Source: Tagaea sp.
GTDB taxonomy: Bacteria > Pseudomonadota > Alphaproteobacteria > CACIAM-22H2
Reading direction: 5' to 3'
Assembly (NCBI GenBank): GCA_965279525.1
Contig: CBDIIB010000003.1
Span: forward strand, 352,001 to 416,000
Length of the DNA stretch: 64,000 nucleotides
Part shown: positions 28,866 to 39,267 of the stretch, piece by piece
How positions within the stretch are numbered: the first letter of the stretch is position 1
Layout: each line of letters opens with the position of its first letter
The notes under the pieces: model-generated
The model's database searches: none
What the model saw: the letters and a program-made list of their open reading frames with translations, nothing else
Told to the model about the DNA's origin: nothing
Made by a program: the position numbers and the translations under genes

Positions 28866-29683
28866 GCACGCGTCCGACCACGACCGCCGGCACGTTGGTC
28901 GCGGTGGGCGGCTGGCTATTGGCCCTGATCTGGGTTTCGCCATTGCTCTACGCGTTCTGGACGGCATTCCATCCGCCAGCCTACGCCGTGCGCTTCGACC
29001 TATTTGCACCCTGGACGCTGGAGAACTTCGAGCGCGTCTGGCATGCCGCTCCGTTCCCCCGATACTTCTTCAATACGTTCCTGCTGGTGACGCTGATCCT
29101 GTGCTGCCAGTTCGTGATCTGCACCTTGGCGGCGTACGCCTTCGTCTGCCTGCCGTTCAAGGGCTCGGATATTCTGTTCATGTTCGTGTTGTTGCAGATG
29201 ATGATCATGCCCGAAGCGCTGCTGGTCGAGAACTACAAGACCCTCGGACGGCTGGGCCTATTGGACACTGTTGTGGCGATGGGGTTGCCGTATCTGGCAT
29301 CCGCCTTTGGAATCTTCCTGTTCCGACAGACATTCAAGAGCGTGCCTAAGGAACTTGAGGAGGCGGCCCGCCTGGAGGGCGCAAACATCTTCCAGATTCT
29401 GGTGCGTGTCTTCGTGCCGTTGGCCAAGCCCATCTACGTCGCCTATGGACTTGTGACCGTCAGCTATCACTGGAACAACTTCTTATGGCCGCTGGTAGTG
29501 ACGAACTCGGTCGAGACGCGACCCATCACCGTTGGACTTCAGATTTTCGCGACAATCGAGCAGGGCGTCGACTGGAGCCTGATCACCGCTGCGACGATAC
29601 TGTCGGTTTCTCCGTTGCTGATCGCGTTTCTGCTGTTCCAGCGCCAGTTCGTGCAGAGCTTCATGCGCGCCGGCATCCGCTGA
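28862..29683 (+). CDS. Carbohydrate ABC permease, UgpE-like
   Basis: ELEEAARLEGA, HWNNFLWPL, FQRQFVQS; ATGA overlap. Confidence 0.93.
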   Translation: MSTRPTTTAGTLVAVGGWLLALIWVSPLLYAFWTAFHPPAYAVRFDLFAPWTLENFERVWHAAPFPRYFFNTFLLVTLILCCQFVICTLAAYAFVCLPFKGSDILFMFVLLQMMIMPEALLVENYKTLGRLGLLDTVVAMGLPYLASAFGIFLFRQTFKSVPKELEEAARLEGANIFQILVRVFVPLAKPIYVAYGLVTVSYHWNNFLWPLVVTNSVETRPITVGLQIFATIEQGVDWSLITAATILSVSPLLIAFLLFQRQFVQSFMRAGIR

Positions 29684-29697
29684 CCTGAAGTGATGAC

Positions 29698-30483
29698 ATG
29701 CTCGAAGTGATAGAAAGCATTGTACGCGAAGCGGGCGCATTGGCGGCCGACTATTCCGACCGGCTTTCAGCTCTGACTGTCGAATCGAAAAGCCATCTCG
29801 ATCTGGTGTCGGAGGCAGATCGTGCCGTCGAAAGTCTGATCAGTGAAAGATTGCGCGCTGTCTTTCCGGACGATGGTGTGTTCGGCGAGGAGGGGATGTC
29901 GCAGCCCTCGCGCACGGGCCGTGAATGGATCGTCGATCCGATCGACGGTACGTTCAATTTCCTGCGGGGTAGCGATCACTGGGCGGTGTCGATTGGTCTG
30001 CGCGAGCGCGGTCAGCCACGCTTCGGTGTCGTTTTTGCGCCCAAGCTTGGCCAGCTGCTTGTCGGCGGCGCGGGGAGGGGAGCCGTTTTGAATGGCAGGC
30101 CGCTTCCAAAGCGTATCGGACTCGATCGTGCCAAGGCGGCATGCGGTATCGGATTTCACCCCTCGGTTCAGGTCGCCGATCAGACAGAGGCACTACGCTT
30201 CATTCTCGAAGAGGCACGGATGACGTTCCGGAATTCTGGCTCAGCCGTCACCGGCCTGATCGACGTCGCTACCGGTGCGGTCGACGGGTACTTCGGCCTC
30301 GGGATCTCGACCTGGGATTTGATGGCAATGGTGCCAATTCTTGACGAACTCGGCGTCCGCACCACAATTGATTGGGCCGCGGTCACGCTGGATCAGAAGC
30401 TCCGTTTTGCGTGCGGAACGCCGGAGTTCCTGGCTGTCTTTGCTCCGATCGCGATGGCCGAATCGCCACGTCGGATGCCATAG
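29698..30483 (+). CDS. Inositol monophosphatase family phosphatase (#1)
   Basis: SEADR, GEEG, WIVDPIDGTFNF, STWD. Confidence 0.92.
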   Translation: MLEVIESIVREAGALAADYSDRLSALTVESKSHLDLVSEADRAVESLISERLRAVFPDDGVFGEEGMSQPSRTGREWIVDPIDGTFNFLRGSDHWAVSIGLRERGQPRFGVVFAPKLGQLLVGGAGRGAVLNGRPLPKRIGLDRAKAACGIGFHPSVQVADQTEALRFILEEARMTFRNSGSAVTGLIDVATGAVDGYFGLGISTWDLMAMVPILDELGVRTTIDWAAVTLDQKLRFACGTPEFLAVFAPIAMAESPRRMP

Positions 30484-31242
30484 ATGCCGGCACTGTATCC
30501 AGATCTTGCCGGGAAGTTCGTCGTCGTCACTGGCGGCGCATCCGGAATTGGCGAAGCGATCGTTCGCGCGTTTGCGGGGCAGAAATCTGTCGTGGCGTTT
30601 CTCGACATCCAGAAGGAGCGCGGGCATGCGCTCGCTGCTGAACTTTCCGGCCAAGGCGTTTCTGTGCATTTCAGGTTGACCGACGTCACCGATACGGCGG
30701 CACTAAGCTCGACGATCGGCGATCTCGCCGCGTCGATCGGGCCGGTCAAAGTTCTGATCAACAACGCCGCTCACGATGAGCGCCACGCCACAGAGGCAGT
30801 GACTTCGGATTACTGGGACGAGCGGATCGCGATTAACTTGAAGCACCAATTCTTTGCCGCACAGGCCGTGCTGCCCGGCATGAAGGCGGCCGGGGGCGGG
30901 TCGATCATCAATTTCGGCTCCACCTCTTGGATGATCGGCCAAGGCGGCATGGTCGCCTATACGGCAGCAAAGTCGGCAGTGTTGGGCCTGACGCGCTCGC
31001 TGGCGCGCGACTACGGCCCGTTCAACATCCGGGTGAACACGCTCGCCCCTGGATGGATCCTGACCGAGCGTCAGATCGAGAAGTGGTTGACGCCTGAAGG
31101 TGAGGCGGAGCTGCTGCGCCGCCAATGTCTGAAACGCCGCCTGCAGCCCTCCGAAGTCGCAAGGTTCACGCTATTCTTGGCATCCGAAGAAGCATCCGCG
31201 TGCACAAATCAAGGCTACATTGTCGATGGCGGTTGGGTGTGA
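30484..31242 (+). CDS. SDR sugar dehydrogenase, D-xylose 1-dehydrogenase (XylB)-like
   Basis: YPDLAGK, TGGASGIG, NNAAHDERH, YWDERIAINL, YTAAK, QCLK, IVDGGW; close pattern to Caulobacter XylB as I recall it. Confidence 0.8.
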   Translation: MPALYPDLAGKFVVVTGGASGIGEAIVRAFAGQKSVVAFLDIQKERGHALAAELSGQGVSVHFRLTDVTDTAALSSTIGDLAASIGPVKVLINNAAHDERHATEAVTSDYWDERIAINLKHQFFAAQAVLPGMKAAGGGSIINFGSTSWMIGQGGMVAYTAAKSAVLGLTRSLARDYGPFNIRVNTLAPGWILTERQIEKWLTPEGEAELLRRQCLKRRLQPSEVARFTLFLASEEASACTNQGYIVDGGWV

Positions 31243-31343
31243 GAAGCGGGGCGTACCCCTATTGAGTTCCGCGTGACAGGGACGAGAGCTCAAGTGGGCC
31301 AATAGTCGGTTTCCATTGGAGTCGTTTCCCTCCGAGTGCAGGC

Positions 31344-31371
31344 CCCGCCGACGTCCGTGAACGCCGGCGGG
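31344..31371. terminator. GC hairpin between convergent operons
   Basis: CCCGCCG...CGGCGGG stem; no strong U-tract. Confidence 0.4.
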
Positions 31372-31387
31372 AGTCGCTTTCCGGGAC

Positions 31388-32383
31388 TTAACGTGTTGCC
31401 GCCACTGCAGCGCTCCATTCTGCGAGGAAGTCGTTGCGCTTGGTTGCGGCATCCTCCTCGTCGAGTGGGAAGACCTTGATCGAGGCGATGTTCGGCAGGT
31501 CGGCATGGCGGCTGACGTCGATATCGCCACGGCTCGGGCGTCGGAACGCGTTCTCCAGCAACGCGATCTGGACATCGCGGGAGATGATGTGGTCGAAAGC
31601 GGCGCGTGCCGTCGCCCCGTTCGGCGCGTTCTTCGCGAGCACGAGGAACTCCGGCGTCGTGAACGTGCCATCTTCGGGGTAGACCAGCTTGATCTCGCGC
31701 TGCCCGCCCGCGACATAGGCATAGCCGTTCGATTCGAACGTGAGCCCGATCGAGTATTCGCCCTGTGCCACCGAACGCAGCACAGTCGCCGCGGCACTGG
31801 TGACGACGACGTTGGCGGCGAGACGGCGCAGCGCGTCGGCGCCGAGCATCTGACGCACACCCCACAGGATCGTGTAGGCGGTCGAGCTGTTGGCCGGATC
31901 GGCGATGATCAGCTTGCCCTTCCAGCGCGGGTCAAGGATGTCGCTCCATACCTTCGGTTCGGCATTGCCGCCCAGATGATTCCGATTCGTCATCAGCGTC
32001 ACGACGTGGAGATTGGAGGCGGTCCACAGGTTCGCGGGCTCCGCGAGCGATGCCGGGATCGTCGCGGCCTCCGGCGACTTGTAGCTCTCGAACAGGCTGC
32101 GGAAGGCACCCAGCGTGTTTGCGCTCGAACTCCAGAAGATGTCGGCCGCGGGCTTCGCGGCTTCGGCCTCCATTCGCCGGAGGAGCACGGCGCTGCCGCC
32201 GGTGACGAAGTTGAACCGCACGTTGGCAAGCCGCTGGCGTCCCACGTCGGTGATCGACTGGACGGACTGCTGGTTGTTGGAGGTGTAGACGACGGCGTTA
32301 CCGGCCGCCTGCGCGAAGGCCGGCAGTGCTGCGACGGTGCCGAGCCCGGCCAGGACGGTCCGGCGGTCGAGAAGGACAGACAT
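31388..32383 (-). CDS. ABC substrate-binding protein, AfuA/FbpA/PhnS class
   Basis: Tat-like DRRTVL leader; VVYTS, ADIFW, ADPANSSTA, VYPEDGT. Confidence 0.85.
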   Translation of the reverse strand: MSVLLDRRTVLAGLGTVAALPAFAQAAGNAVVYTSNNQQSVQSITDVGRQRLANVRFNFVTGGSAVLLRRMEAEAAKPAADIFWSSSANTLGAFRSLFESYKSPEAATIPASLAEPANLWTASNLHVVTLMTNRNHLGGNAEPKVWSDILDPRWKGKLIIADPANSSTAYTILWGVRQMLGADALRRLAANVVVTSAAATVLRSVAQGEYSIGLTFESNGYAYVAGGQREIKLVYPEDGTFTTPEFLVLAKNAPNGATARAAFDHIISRDVQIALLENAFRRPSRGDIDVSRHADLPNIASIKVFPLDEEDAATKRNDFLAEWSAAVAATR

Positions 32384-32415
32384 GTGTTTCTCCCTTGCTT
32401 GCGAAATCGTGGGTT

Positions 32416-34059
32416 TCATTTTGCGGCGAACAGGTCGAGCTTGAACCAAGTCGTCGCGACAAGGATCGGGACGAGGATGATGGAAACGAGCACCAGTCCG
32501 TACGCCGAGGCCTGCGCCATCAGGTTGGAATCGATGAGGCGGAAGATCTGGATCGGCAGCGTCTCCTGTCCGGCCGAGTAGACCACGACCGAAGCACTCA
32601 GTTCAGCCACCGTGGTCGTCCAGACAAGCACGCCTGCGGCCGCGACGGAGGGTACCATCAACGGGAACACGACCTTGAAAAAGGTCCGCAGGGGCGGGAC
32701 GCCGAGGCTGATCGAGGCGTCCTCGATGGAATTCGGGATGTTGTAGAGCGTCGAGGAGGCATTGCGGATGCCGAACGGCAGGCGGCGGATCAGGTAGGCG
32801 AGGACGACGATCCCGGCACCGCCCGCCAGCGGCAGCCAGCCGCCACTGAACGAGATGACGAGCCCGATACCGAGCACGGTACCCGACAGTGCCAGCGGCA
32901 GGGCGGAGAGATAGTCGATCGCGGGCGTGAGGGCATTGCGCTTCTTGACGATCAGGAAGCCGACGAGCGTGCTGACGACGAGACTGAGCGCAGTGGCGAT
33001 CCCGGCGAAGGCGAGCGTGTTCCAGATCGGATCGGCGGCGTTGAGGAACACGCGTTCGAGATTGGCGGTCGTCCAGTCGCCCCAACGCATCACGGGGCCG
33101 CGCGCACGGGTAAAGGCACCGGCGATCACCGTCACGAGCGGCAGGATCGATACGACGACGATGAAAATCGCCGCGAGCCCGATCGGCAGGGCGGCCGCTC
33201 CCGCCAGCGGGCGCGGTTTCGCACCCCGGCCCTGGACGATCTCGTATCGTCCCCGCGCCACGATCCGGCGCTGGACGAACAGGACGCAGGCAACGATGGC
33301 GATGGATGCACTTGCCAGCGTGCTCTGCATCACCGGGTTTGTGCCGACCTCCGACACGAAGCTCTGGTAGGTCAGGACGGAGAGGAGCGGCACGCTGTGT
33401 CCAAGAATTGTCGCGACGGCGAAATTGCCGACGACCAGCGTGAAAACGAGCAGGGCACTCGCGAGGATGGCCGGCATCACCACCGGCACCATGACGTTGA
33501 CGAGCGAGCGGCCGGGCGGCACGCCGAGGCTCTGCGACGCTTCCTCCAGTTGGGAGTCGAACCCTCGGATCGCGGCCAGCGTGCCGATATAGACGTAGGT
33601 GTAGTAGATGAACGTCATGACCGTGATCAGGCCGAACCAGCCATAGAAGGACGGCAGACGGTAGCCCCAGTCGGCGGCGAGCCGGGTGAGGAAGCCGTTG
33701 TTGCCGAAGACCATCAGCCACGTCTGGGCGGCAATGACCTCGGGGACGATCAGCGTGGTCATCGGCAACAGTGCGATCAGCGCCTTGCCGGCGAACGAGA
33801 AACGCGCCGTGAAGAATGCGAGAGGCACGCCGATCAGCGTCGACGTGCAGGTCACGATCGCACCCAGCAGAAGCGTGTTGACGACCGCCGCCCGGTACTT
33901 GGCGTCCGTCGCCAATGTGACCCACCCGGACTGACCGTCTGCTCCGGCAACGAGACTTGTGCCCAGCACCTTGGCGAGCGGATAGAGCAGGAACAACACG
34001 GCGAGCGCCAGCGCCAGCGCCGAAAGCCAGAACCAGACATCGCGCAGCGGCCGGGTCAC
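32416..34059 (-). CDS. ABC permease, fused FbpB/AfuB type
   Basis: Two EAA motifs (LEEASQSLG, IEDASISLG); RRLPF. Confidence 0.9.
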   Translation of the reverse strand: MTRPLRDVWFWLSALALALAVLFLLYPLAKVLGTSLVAGADGQSGWVTLATDAKYRAAVVNTLLLGAIVTCTSTLIGVPLAFFTARFSFAGKALIALLPMTTLIVPEVIAAQTWLMVFGNNGFLTRLAADWGYRLPSFYGWFGLITVMTFIYYTYVYIGTLAAIRGFDSQLEEASQSLGVPPGRSLVNVMVPVVMPAILASALLVFTLVVGNFAVATILGHSVPLLSVLTYQSFVSEVGTNPVMQSTLASASIAIVACVLFVQRRIVARGRYEIVQGRGAKPRPLAGAAALPIGLAAIFIVVVSILPLVTVIAGAFTRARGPVMRWGDWTTANLERVFLNAADPIWNTLAFAGIATALSLVVSTLVGFLIVKKRNALTPAIDYLSALPLALSGTVLGIGLVISFSGGWLPLAGGAGIVVLAYLIRRLPFGIRNASSTLYNIPNSIEDASISLGVPPLRTFFKVVFPLMVPSVAAAGVLVWTTTVAELSASVVVYSAGQETLPIQIFRLIDSNLMAQASAYGLVLVSIILVPILVATTWFKLDLFAAK

Positions 34060-35123
34060 GACGCGACCACGAGCGAGCGGGCGGGATCGAAGCGCAGCGC
34101 CACGCTTGCACCTACGGCATGAGGACTTGCCTCGTCGTGCGTTTCGACCCGGATCATGCGGCCGCCGGCAGTGCTGACCTGATATGTCGTTCGGCCGCCC
34201 AGATACTGCCGGCGAATCACCGTACAGGGGACGTCGCCGGTCGTTCCGCTTTCCCGTGGGAGAAGCCGGAGAGATTCGCAGCGTGCCACCAATATGGCCT
34301 TGCCGGGGCTGAGAGCCGCCGGTGCCGTCACTTCGACCGCCGCCCCGTCGAAGTCGATGCGCGTGCGGGCTCCACCGGCGACGGCGGAGGCAAGGGCGAT
34401 TTCGAGCGTGTTCGCGGCCCCGACGAAATCGGCGACATAGGCCGACACCGGGCGGGAATAGAGTTCCTCCGGCGTGCCGACCTGCTCGATCTGTCCCTCT
34501 CTGAGCAGGCCGATGCGGTCCGAGAGCGCCAGCGCCTCCTCCTGGTCGTGCGTGACGAGGATGGTCGTGATGCCGACCTGGCGCTGGAGGTCTGCGATCG
34601 TTTCGCGCACCTGCACGCGCAGCTTGGCGTCGAGGTTCGACAGCGGCTCGTCCATCAGCAGGACGGTCGGCTTGATCGCCAGCGCGCGCGCGAGTGCCAC
34701 GCGCTGGCGCTGGCCGCCGGACAGTGCTGCCGGCATGCGGTCGGCATAGGCGCTGAGCCCGACGCGCTCGAGATATTCGCCGACCGTCGCGTTGATCGCT
34801 GCCGCGTCCGCCTTCCGGGCACGCAGGCCGTAGGCGACGTTGTCGAACACGGTCTTGTCGGGAAAGAGCGCGTAGTCCTGGAACACCATGCCGATATCGC
34901 GCCGGTAGGCGGGGAGCTGCGTCACGTCGCGGTCGCCGAAATGCAGCGTTCCGGCGCGGACCGGGACGAAGCCGGCGATCGTGCGCAGCAAGGTCGTCTT
35001 GCCGCAGCCGCTTGGCCCGAGCAGGGTGAAGAGCGAGCCGTCGGCGACGTCGAGCGTCAGGCCCGAGATGACCGGGACGGAACCGTAACCAACAACCAGA
35101 TCCGTGATGCGGATGCCTGCCAT
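34056..35123 (-). CDS. ABC ATPase, FbpC/PotA type
   Basis: [25 protein letters not shown]. Confidence 0.93.
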   Translation of the reverse strand: MAGIRITDLVVGYGSVPVISGLTLDVADGSLFTLLGPSGCGKTTLLRTIAGFVPVRAGTLHFGDRDVTQLPAYRRDIGMVFQDYALFPDKTVFDNVAYGLRARKADAAAINATVGEYLERVGLSAYADRMPAALSGGQRQRVALARALAIKPTVLLMDEPLSNLDAKLRVQVRETIADLQRQVGITTILVTHDQEEALALSDRIGLLREGQIEQVGTPEELYSRPVSAYVADFVGAANTLEIALASAVAGGARTRIDFDGAAVEVTAPAALSPGKAILVARCESLRLLPRESGTTGDVPCTVIRRQYLGGRTTYQVSTAGGRMIRVETHDEASPHAVGASVALRFDPARSLVVAS

Positions 35124-35124
35124 G

Positions 35125-35898
35125 TCACGTGTTCTCCCGGATGATTTCCAGCGCCGCCGCGTGCCGCCGTGCATCGCCGGCGGCGAGCACGCGCGGGCCG
35201 CTTGCCAGCGTCAGTCGATCGCCGCGCCAATCGGTGATCACGCCACCTGCCCCCTCGATGATGGGCACGAACGCGGCAAAGTCGTGGATCTTGAGGCCGG
35301 CGTCGAGTGCGATGTCAGTCCGTCCGGAGGCGAGCCGCCCGTAGCTGAGTGCGGCCCCGCCATAGATGCGCCAGGCCGTGCAGGCGCTGAGTGCCGCAAG
35401 CGCGCGCTTCTCCTGAACGTCGAAAAAGTCCGGATTGCTGGCCGACATGATGGCACCGGGGAGATCGTCGCCCGGGCGCGTGCGGCAGATGGCGCCATCG
35501 TGCGTCGTCGGCCGACCCCGGGCACCGATCCAGCGCTCGCCTGTCGCCGGGAAGTGCATCGCGCCGACGACCGGCTCGCCGCGATGGGCAAGCGCTATGA
35601 GCGTACCGTAGACCGGCATGCCGGCAACGTAGGCCGCGGTACCGTCGATCGGATCAAGAATCCAGACGAACTCCGCCGCCGGCTGTTTGGCATCGAACTC
35701 TTCGCCGAGGATGCCGTGGTCGGGATATTCGGCGGCGATCATGTCGCGCAGGCGCCGCTCGATCGCGAGATCGAGTTCGGTGACGAACGATTTGTCGGGC
35801 TTGGTCCTGGAGCCCGCCGGACCGCCGGCACCGTCCCCGATCATGGCGGCGGCCGCGTCTGCAAGACGTTCGGCGAAGCTGACGAACGCAGCGTACAT
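35125..35898 (-). CDS. IMPase family phosphatase (#2), HisN-like subgroup
   Basis: KPDKSFVTELD, GEEF, WILDPIDGT, HDFAA. Confidence 0.88.
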   Translation of the reverse strand: MYAAFVSFAERLADAAAAMIGDGAGGPAGSRTKPDKSFVTELDLAIERRLRDMIAAEYPDHGILGEEFDAKQPAAEFVWILDPIDGTAAYVAGMPVYGTLIALAHRGEPVVGAMHFPATGERWIGARGRPTTHDGAICRTRPGDDLPGAIMSASNPDFFDVQEKRALAALSACTAWRIYGGAALSYGRLASGRTDIALDAGLKIHDFAAFVPIIEGAGGVITDWRGDRLTLASGPRVLAAGDARRHAAALEIIRENT

Positions 35899-35947
35899 CA
35901 GGCGGCTCCCGCATTCTTGTTGTCGATGTCGTCGTTTCGAACCTGTG

Positions 35948-36826
35948 TCAGGGGCCTGTCCACCCGAAACGAGCCGCGAGATAGTCGGGCTGGGCCGGTG
36001 CCGTAGCCGTGAATTTCTGCCAGGCCGCGTCCGACGGCAGACCGCCGAACGTGATCTGCAGTTCTTCCATGTGTACGCCGCCGGCGACGAAAACGCTTCG
36101 CAGGCCCGCCGCTGCGGCCCCGCGGATGTCGTGATCGACGGAATCGCCGACGGCGACAACGCGGTTCCAGGCGACCGGCTCGAGAATGCGGCGGCTCTCC
36201 GCGTAGACCGACGGATGCGGCTTGCCATGCCACAGGACCGTGCCGCCACGCGCCTCGTACGCCCGCGCCACGACCCCGGCGGCCTCGTTGACCCCCGTGG
36301 GCGTCAGGCGCGCGAAATCGGGGTTGGCACAGACCATGGGCAGGCGGCGCGCGAGTGACTCGTCGAGTATGTCGCTCACGGACCCGACGAGCCCGGTCGC
36401 CTGTTCGAAGCCGACGACGCAAAGGAACTCCGCGTCGGCGACCCGTCCGACCATCTCGAGGCCGAGGCCGTCGAACAGTTCGCTGTCCTGGGGGCGTGCC
36501 AGTGCGAGGCACCGCCGACCGAGCGCGCGGTGTGCCGCATCGGGCCTTGTCGCGAGTGCCTGCCGGGCGGCATCGCCGGCGGTCACCAGCCCCTGATAGA
36601 GATCGGCGGGAATACCCATCCGGGAAAGCGTGCTGCGGTTATGGGCCGACAGACGGCCGGAATTGGACAGGATGACGACCTTCTTGCCGGCGGCACGCAT
36701 GCGGGCGAGGCTTTCAGCGGCACCGTCGTAGGGATTGGTGCCGTCGTGCAGCACGCCCCATTGGTCGAGGATGAAGCCGTCGAATTCACCCGCCAGATCG
36801 GACAGGGAACCGATGCGCCGCGCCAT
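35948..36826 (-). CDS. HAD class IIA hydrolase (TIGR01459-like)
   Basis: ILDQWGVLHDG, LSNS, CANPD, HGKPH, VGDSVDHDI. Confidence 0.9.
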   Translation of the reverse strand: MARRIGSLSDLAGEFDGFILDQWGVLHDGTNPYDGAAESLARMRAAGKKVVILSNSGRLSAHNRSTLSRMGIPADLYQGLVTAGDAARQALATRPDAAHRALGRRCLALARPQDSELFDGLGLEMVGRVADAEFLCVVGFEQATGLVGSVSDILDESLARRLPMVCANPDFARLTPTGVNEAAGVVARAYEARGGTVLWHGKPHPSVYAESRRILEPVAWNRVVAVGDSVDHDIRGAAAAGLRSVFVAGGVHMEELQITFGGLPSDAAWQKFTATAPAQPDYLAARFGWTGP

Positions 36827-36827
36827 G

Positions 36828-37625
36828 TCAGGTCACCTTCGAGCGGATATGGGCCGATAGCGCTTCGCTGGCGATCACGATGACGAGGATGGCGGCCAAC
36901 ACGACCACCACGCGGTCCCAGGCGAACTGGTTGATCGATGCGTAAAGCTGGAGCCCGATCCCGCCGGCGCCGACGAACCCGAGGACGCTTGATTCGCGGA
37001 CATTGATGTCCCAGCGATAGACCGATGTGCCGATCATCACCGGCATGACCTGGGGCAGGATCGCGACCGCGTAAGTCTGCAACGTGCCGGCGCCTGTCGC
37101 ACGGATGGCCTCGACAGGCCCCGGATCGGCCTCCTCGATCGCCTCGGCGACAAGCTTGGCAAGGAACCCGATTGACCGCGCGGCGACCGCCGCAATGCCG
37201 GCGACAGGGCCAGGTCCGAATATCGCGACGAACAGCAGCCCCCAGACGACGGTATTGACCGAGCGTGATGCGACCAGGATCGACCGGCCGACCAGCCAGG
37301 TCGTGCCGTTGAGCGTGGTATTTCGCGCGGCAAGGAACGCGATCGGCAGCGAGAACACGACTCCGATTGCCGTTCCGAGTGTGGCGATGTGGATCGTCTC
37401 GATGAGCGGATCCACGATGATGGCAAGATACGACCAGCGTGGCGGCCACATTCGGACGGCGAGGTCGGCCGCCTGCTCGTGCGCGTCGATGAAAAAGGCC
37501 CACTCGATCTCGAGCGCATCCACCGACCAGACGCAGGCGAACGCCACAGCGACCGTCCAGGCCCAATGCTCGGCCGACTGGCGCAGCGTGAACCGGCGCC
37601 AATGCGCGGGACTGGGCGCTTTCAT
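36828..37625 (-). CDS. phnE: PhnE-type ABC permease
   Basis: [28 protein letters not shown]. Confidence 0.9.
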   Translation of the reverse strand: MKAPSPAHWRRFTLRQSAEHWAWTVAVAFACVWSVDALEIEWAFFIDAHEQAADLAVRMWPPRWSYLAIIVDPLIETIHIATLGTAIGVVFSLPIAFLAARNTTLNGTTWLVGRSILVASRSVNTVVWGLLFVAIFGPGPVAGIAAVAARSIGFLAKLVAEAIEEADPGPVEAIRATGAGTLQTYAVAILPQVMPVMIGTSVYRWDINVRESSVLGFVGAGGIGLQLYASINQFAWDRVVVVLAAILVIVIASEALSAHIRSKVT

Positions 37626-38428
37626 CGGATGCGCCTCCGGACCCAGTCGCTGAACCATTCGCCGAAAGCGACGAGAAAAGCGATGCACAGCAGGATCGCC
37701 AGGCTGAAATCGAAGTCGTAGCGCGAGAACGAGGCGGAAAGCGTCTGGCCGATTCCGCCGGCGCCGACGATGCCGATCACGGTCGAGTGCCGCAGGTTCG
37801 CGTCGAGCCGGTAGATGATGACGCCCATCGACCGGGACAGGATCTGGGGAACGATCGCGAAGGCGACAGTCTGGCCGAACGGAGCACCGGTCGCCCGGAT
37901 CGCCTCGACCGGGCCTGGCTGGATATTCTCGATGTCTTCAGCCAGCATCTTGCCGAGGAAAATCGCGGACGACAGTGCCAAGGTCAGCAGGCCCGCAACG
38001 GCGCCGAACCCGAATAGCTTGACGAAGAAGATGGCAATTATCACCTCGTGGAACGTCCGGCCAGCAACGATGAAGCCGCGAGCCGCGACGTAAATCGGTC
38101 GGGGTGCCAGATTGCGCGCGGCACACAGCGCCAGCGGCAGGCTGAGCAATACACCCAGGACCGTCGCGGTCAGGGCCATCTGCATGCTCTCGATCATTCC
38201 ACGCGAGATGAGTTCCCAGCGCCCGAAATCGGGCGGCACCATGCGCACGAAAATGTCGGCGGCGCGCGGGATCCCAAGCAGAACGCGGTCGAGGCCTATT
38301 TCCAGGTCGCTGATCGACCAGACGACATAAAGACATGCCGCCGCAACGGCGAGGCGCTGGCGGGCAAGCGAGCCGAACAGCGGCCGCCGGCGCCAGACCG
38401 TCGGATAGGCGGAAGCCGTCGCGGTCAT
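37622..38428 (-). CDS. phnE: PhnE-type ABC permease
   Basis: [27 protein letters not shown]. Confidence 0.9.
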   Translation of the reverse strand: MTATASAYPTVWRRRPLFGSLARQRLAVAAACLYVVWSISDLEIGLDRVLLGIPRAADIFVRMVPPDFGRWELISRGMIESMQMALTATVLGVLLSLPLALCAARNLAPRPIYVAARGFIVAGRTFHEVIIAIFFVKLFGFGAVAGLLTLALSSAIFLGKMLAEDIENIQPGPVEAIRATGAPFGQTVAFAIVPQILSRSMGVIIYRLDANLRHSTVIGIVGAGGIGQTLSASFSRYDFDFSLAILLCIAFLVAFGEWFSDWVRRRIR

Positions 38429-39264
38429 GCGCCCTCGTCGTCGGCGATGGCCGGGCCGATCGTCCGGCTCCAGTCCTCGGCTCCGTAGATCTCGGTGAGG
38501 GCTTCGGCAGACAGCATCGCGGGCAGGCCATCGAATACGACACGCCCCTCCTTTAGGCCGATCACCCGGTCGGAGAAATCGCGCGCCAGGGCCACGTCGT
38601 GGATGTTGACCAGTGCCGGAGTCCGGCTCTCGGCCGCGAGGGCGCGGATCAGCCGCATGATCTGGCGGGCAGTCTTCGGGTCGAGGCTTGCCGTCGGCTC
38701 GTCGACGAGCAGCAGGTCGGGCCGCTGCATCAAGGCGCGGGCGATGCCCACGCGCTGGCGTTGGCCGCCCGAAAGCGCGTCGGCGCGGGTATCCTGGTAT
38801 CCGGCCAGCCCGACCTTGTCGAGGAGTTCAAATGCGCCAGCAATGTCGTCCGGCGCGAAACGGCGGGTGAGCGTGGCGAACAATCCGACATGGCCGAGCC
38901 GCCCGCTCAGCACGTTCTCCATGACGGTCAGACGTTCGACCAGATTGTACTCTTGGAAGATCATGCCGATCCGCCGCCGCGCCAGCCGCAGGCCATTGCG
39001 ATCGAGCGTGGTCATGTCGACCCCACCGAGACGGATCATGCCGCCGGTCGGTTCGACGAGCCGATTGACGCAGCGGATCAGCGTGCTCTTGCCGGCACCG
39101 GACGATCCGATGATCGCGACGACACCCGGATCGGCAATATCGAAATCCACGCCGGCAAGTGCGGCCTTGCCCGTGGGATAGACCTTGTGCAGGCCCCGGA
39201 CCGATAGGAGCGGTGCGTCCGCCGGCCGGAGGCCGGCGGACGAGTCAGTTGTCGATGCAGTCAC
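38425..39264 (-). CDS. phnC: PhnC-type ABC ATPase
   Basis: [37 protein letters not shown]. Confidence 0.92.
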   Translation of the reverse strand: MTASTTDSSAGLRPADAPLLSVRGLHKVYPTGKAALAGVDFDIADPGVVAIIGSSGAGKSTLIRCVNRLVEPTGGMIRLGGVDMTTLDRNGLRLARRRIGMIFQEYNLVERLTVMENVLSGRLGHVGLFATLTRRFAPDDIAGAFELLDKVGLAGYQDTRADALSGGQRQRVGIARALMQRPDLLLVDEPTASLDPKTARQIMRLIRALAAESRTPALVNIHDVALARDFSDRVIGLKEGRVVFDGLPAMLSAEALTEIYGAEDWSRTIGPAIADDEGA

Positions 39265-39267
39265 TTT

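Noticed and set aside
35125-35898. hisN as part of histidine biosynthesis
   Set aside because: Embedded in a catabolic transporter operon far from hisG/hisD; family membership alone does not establish the function
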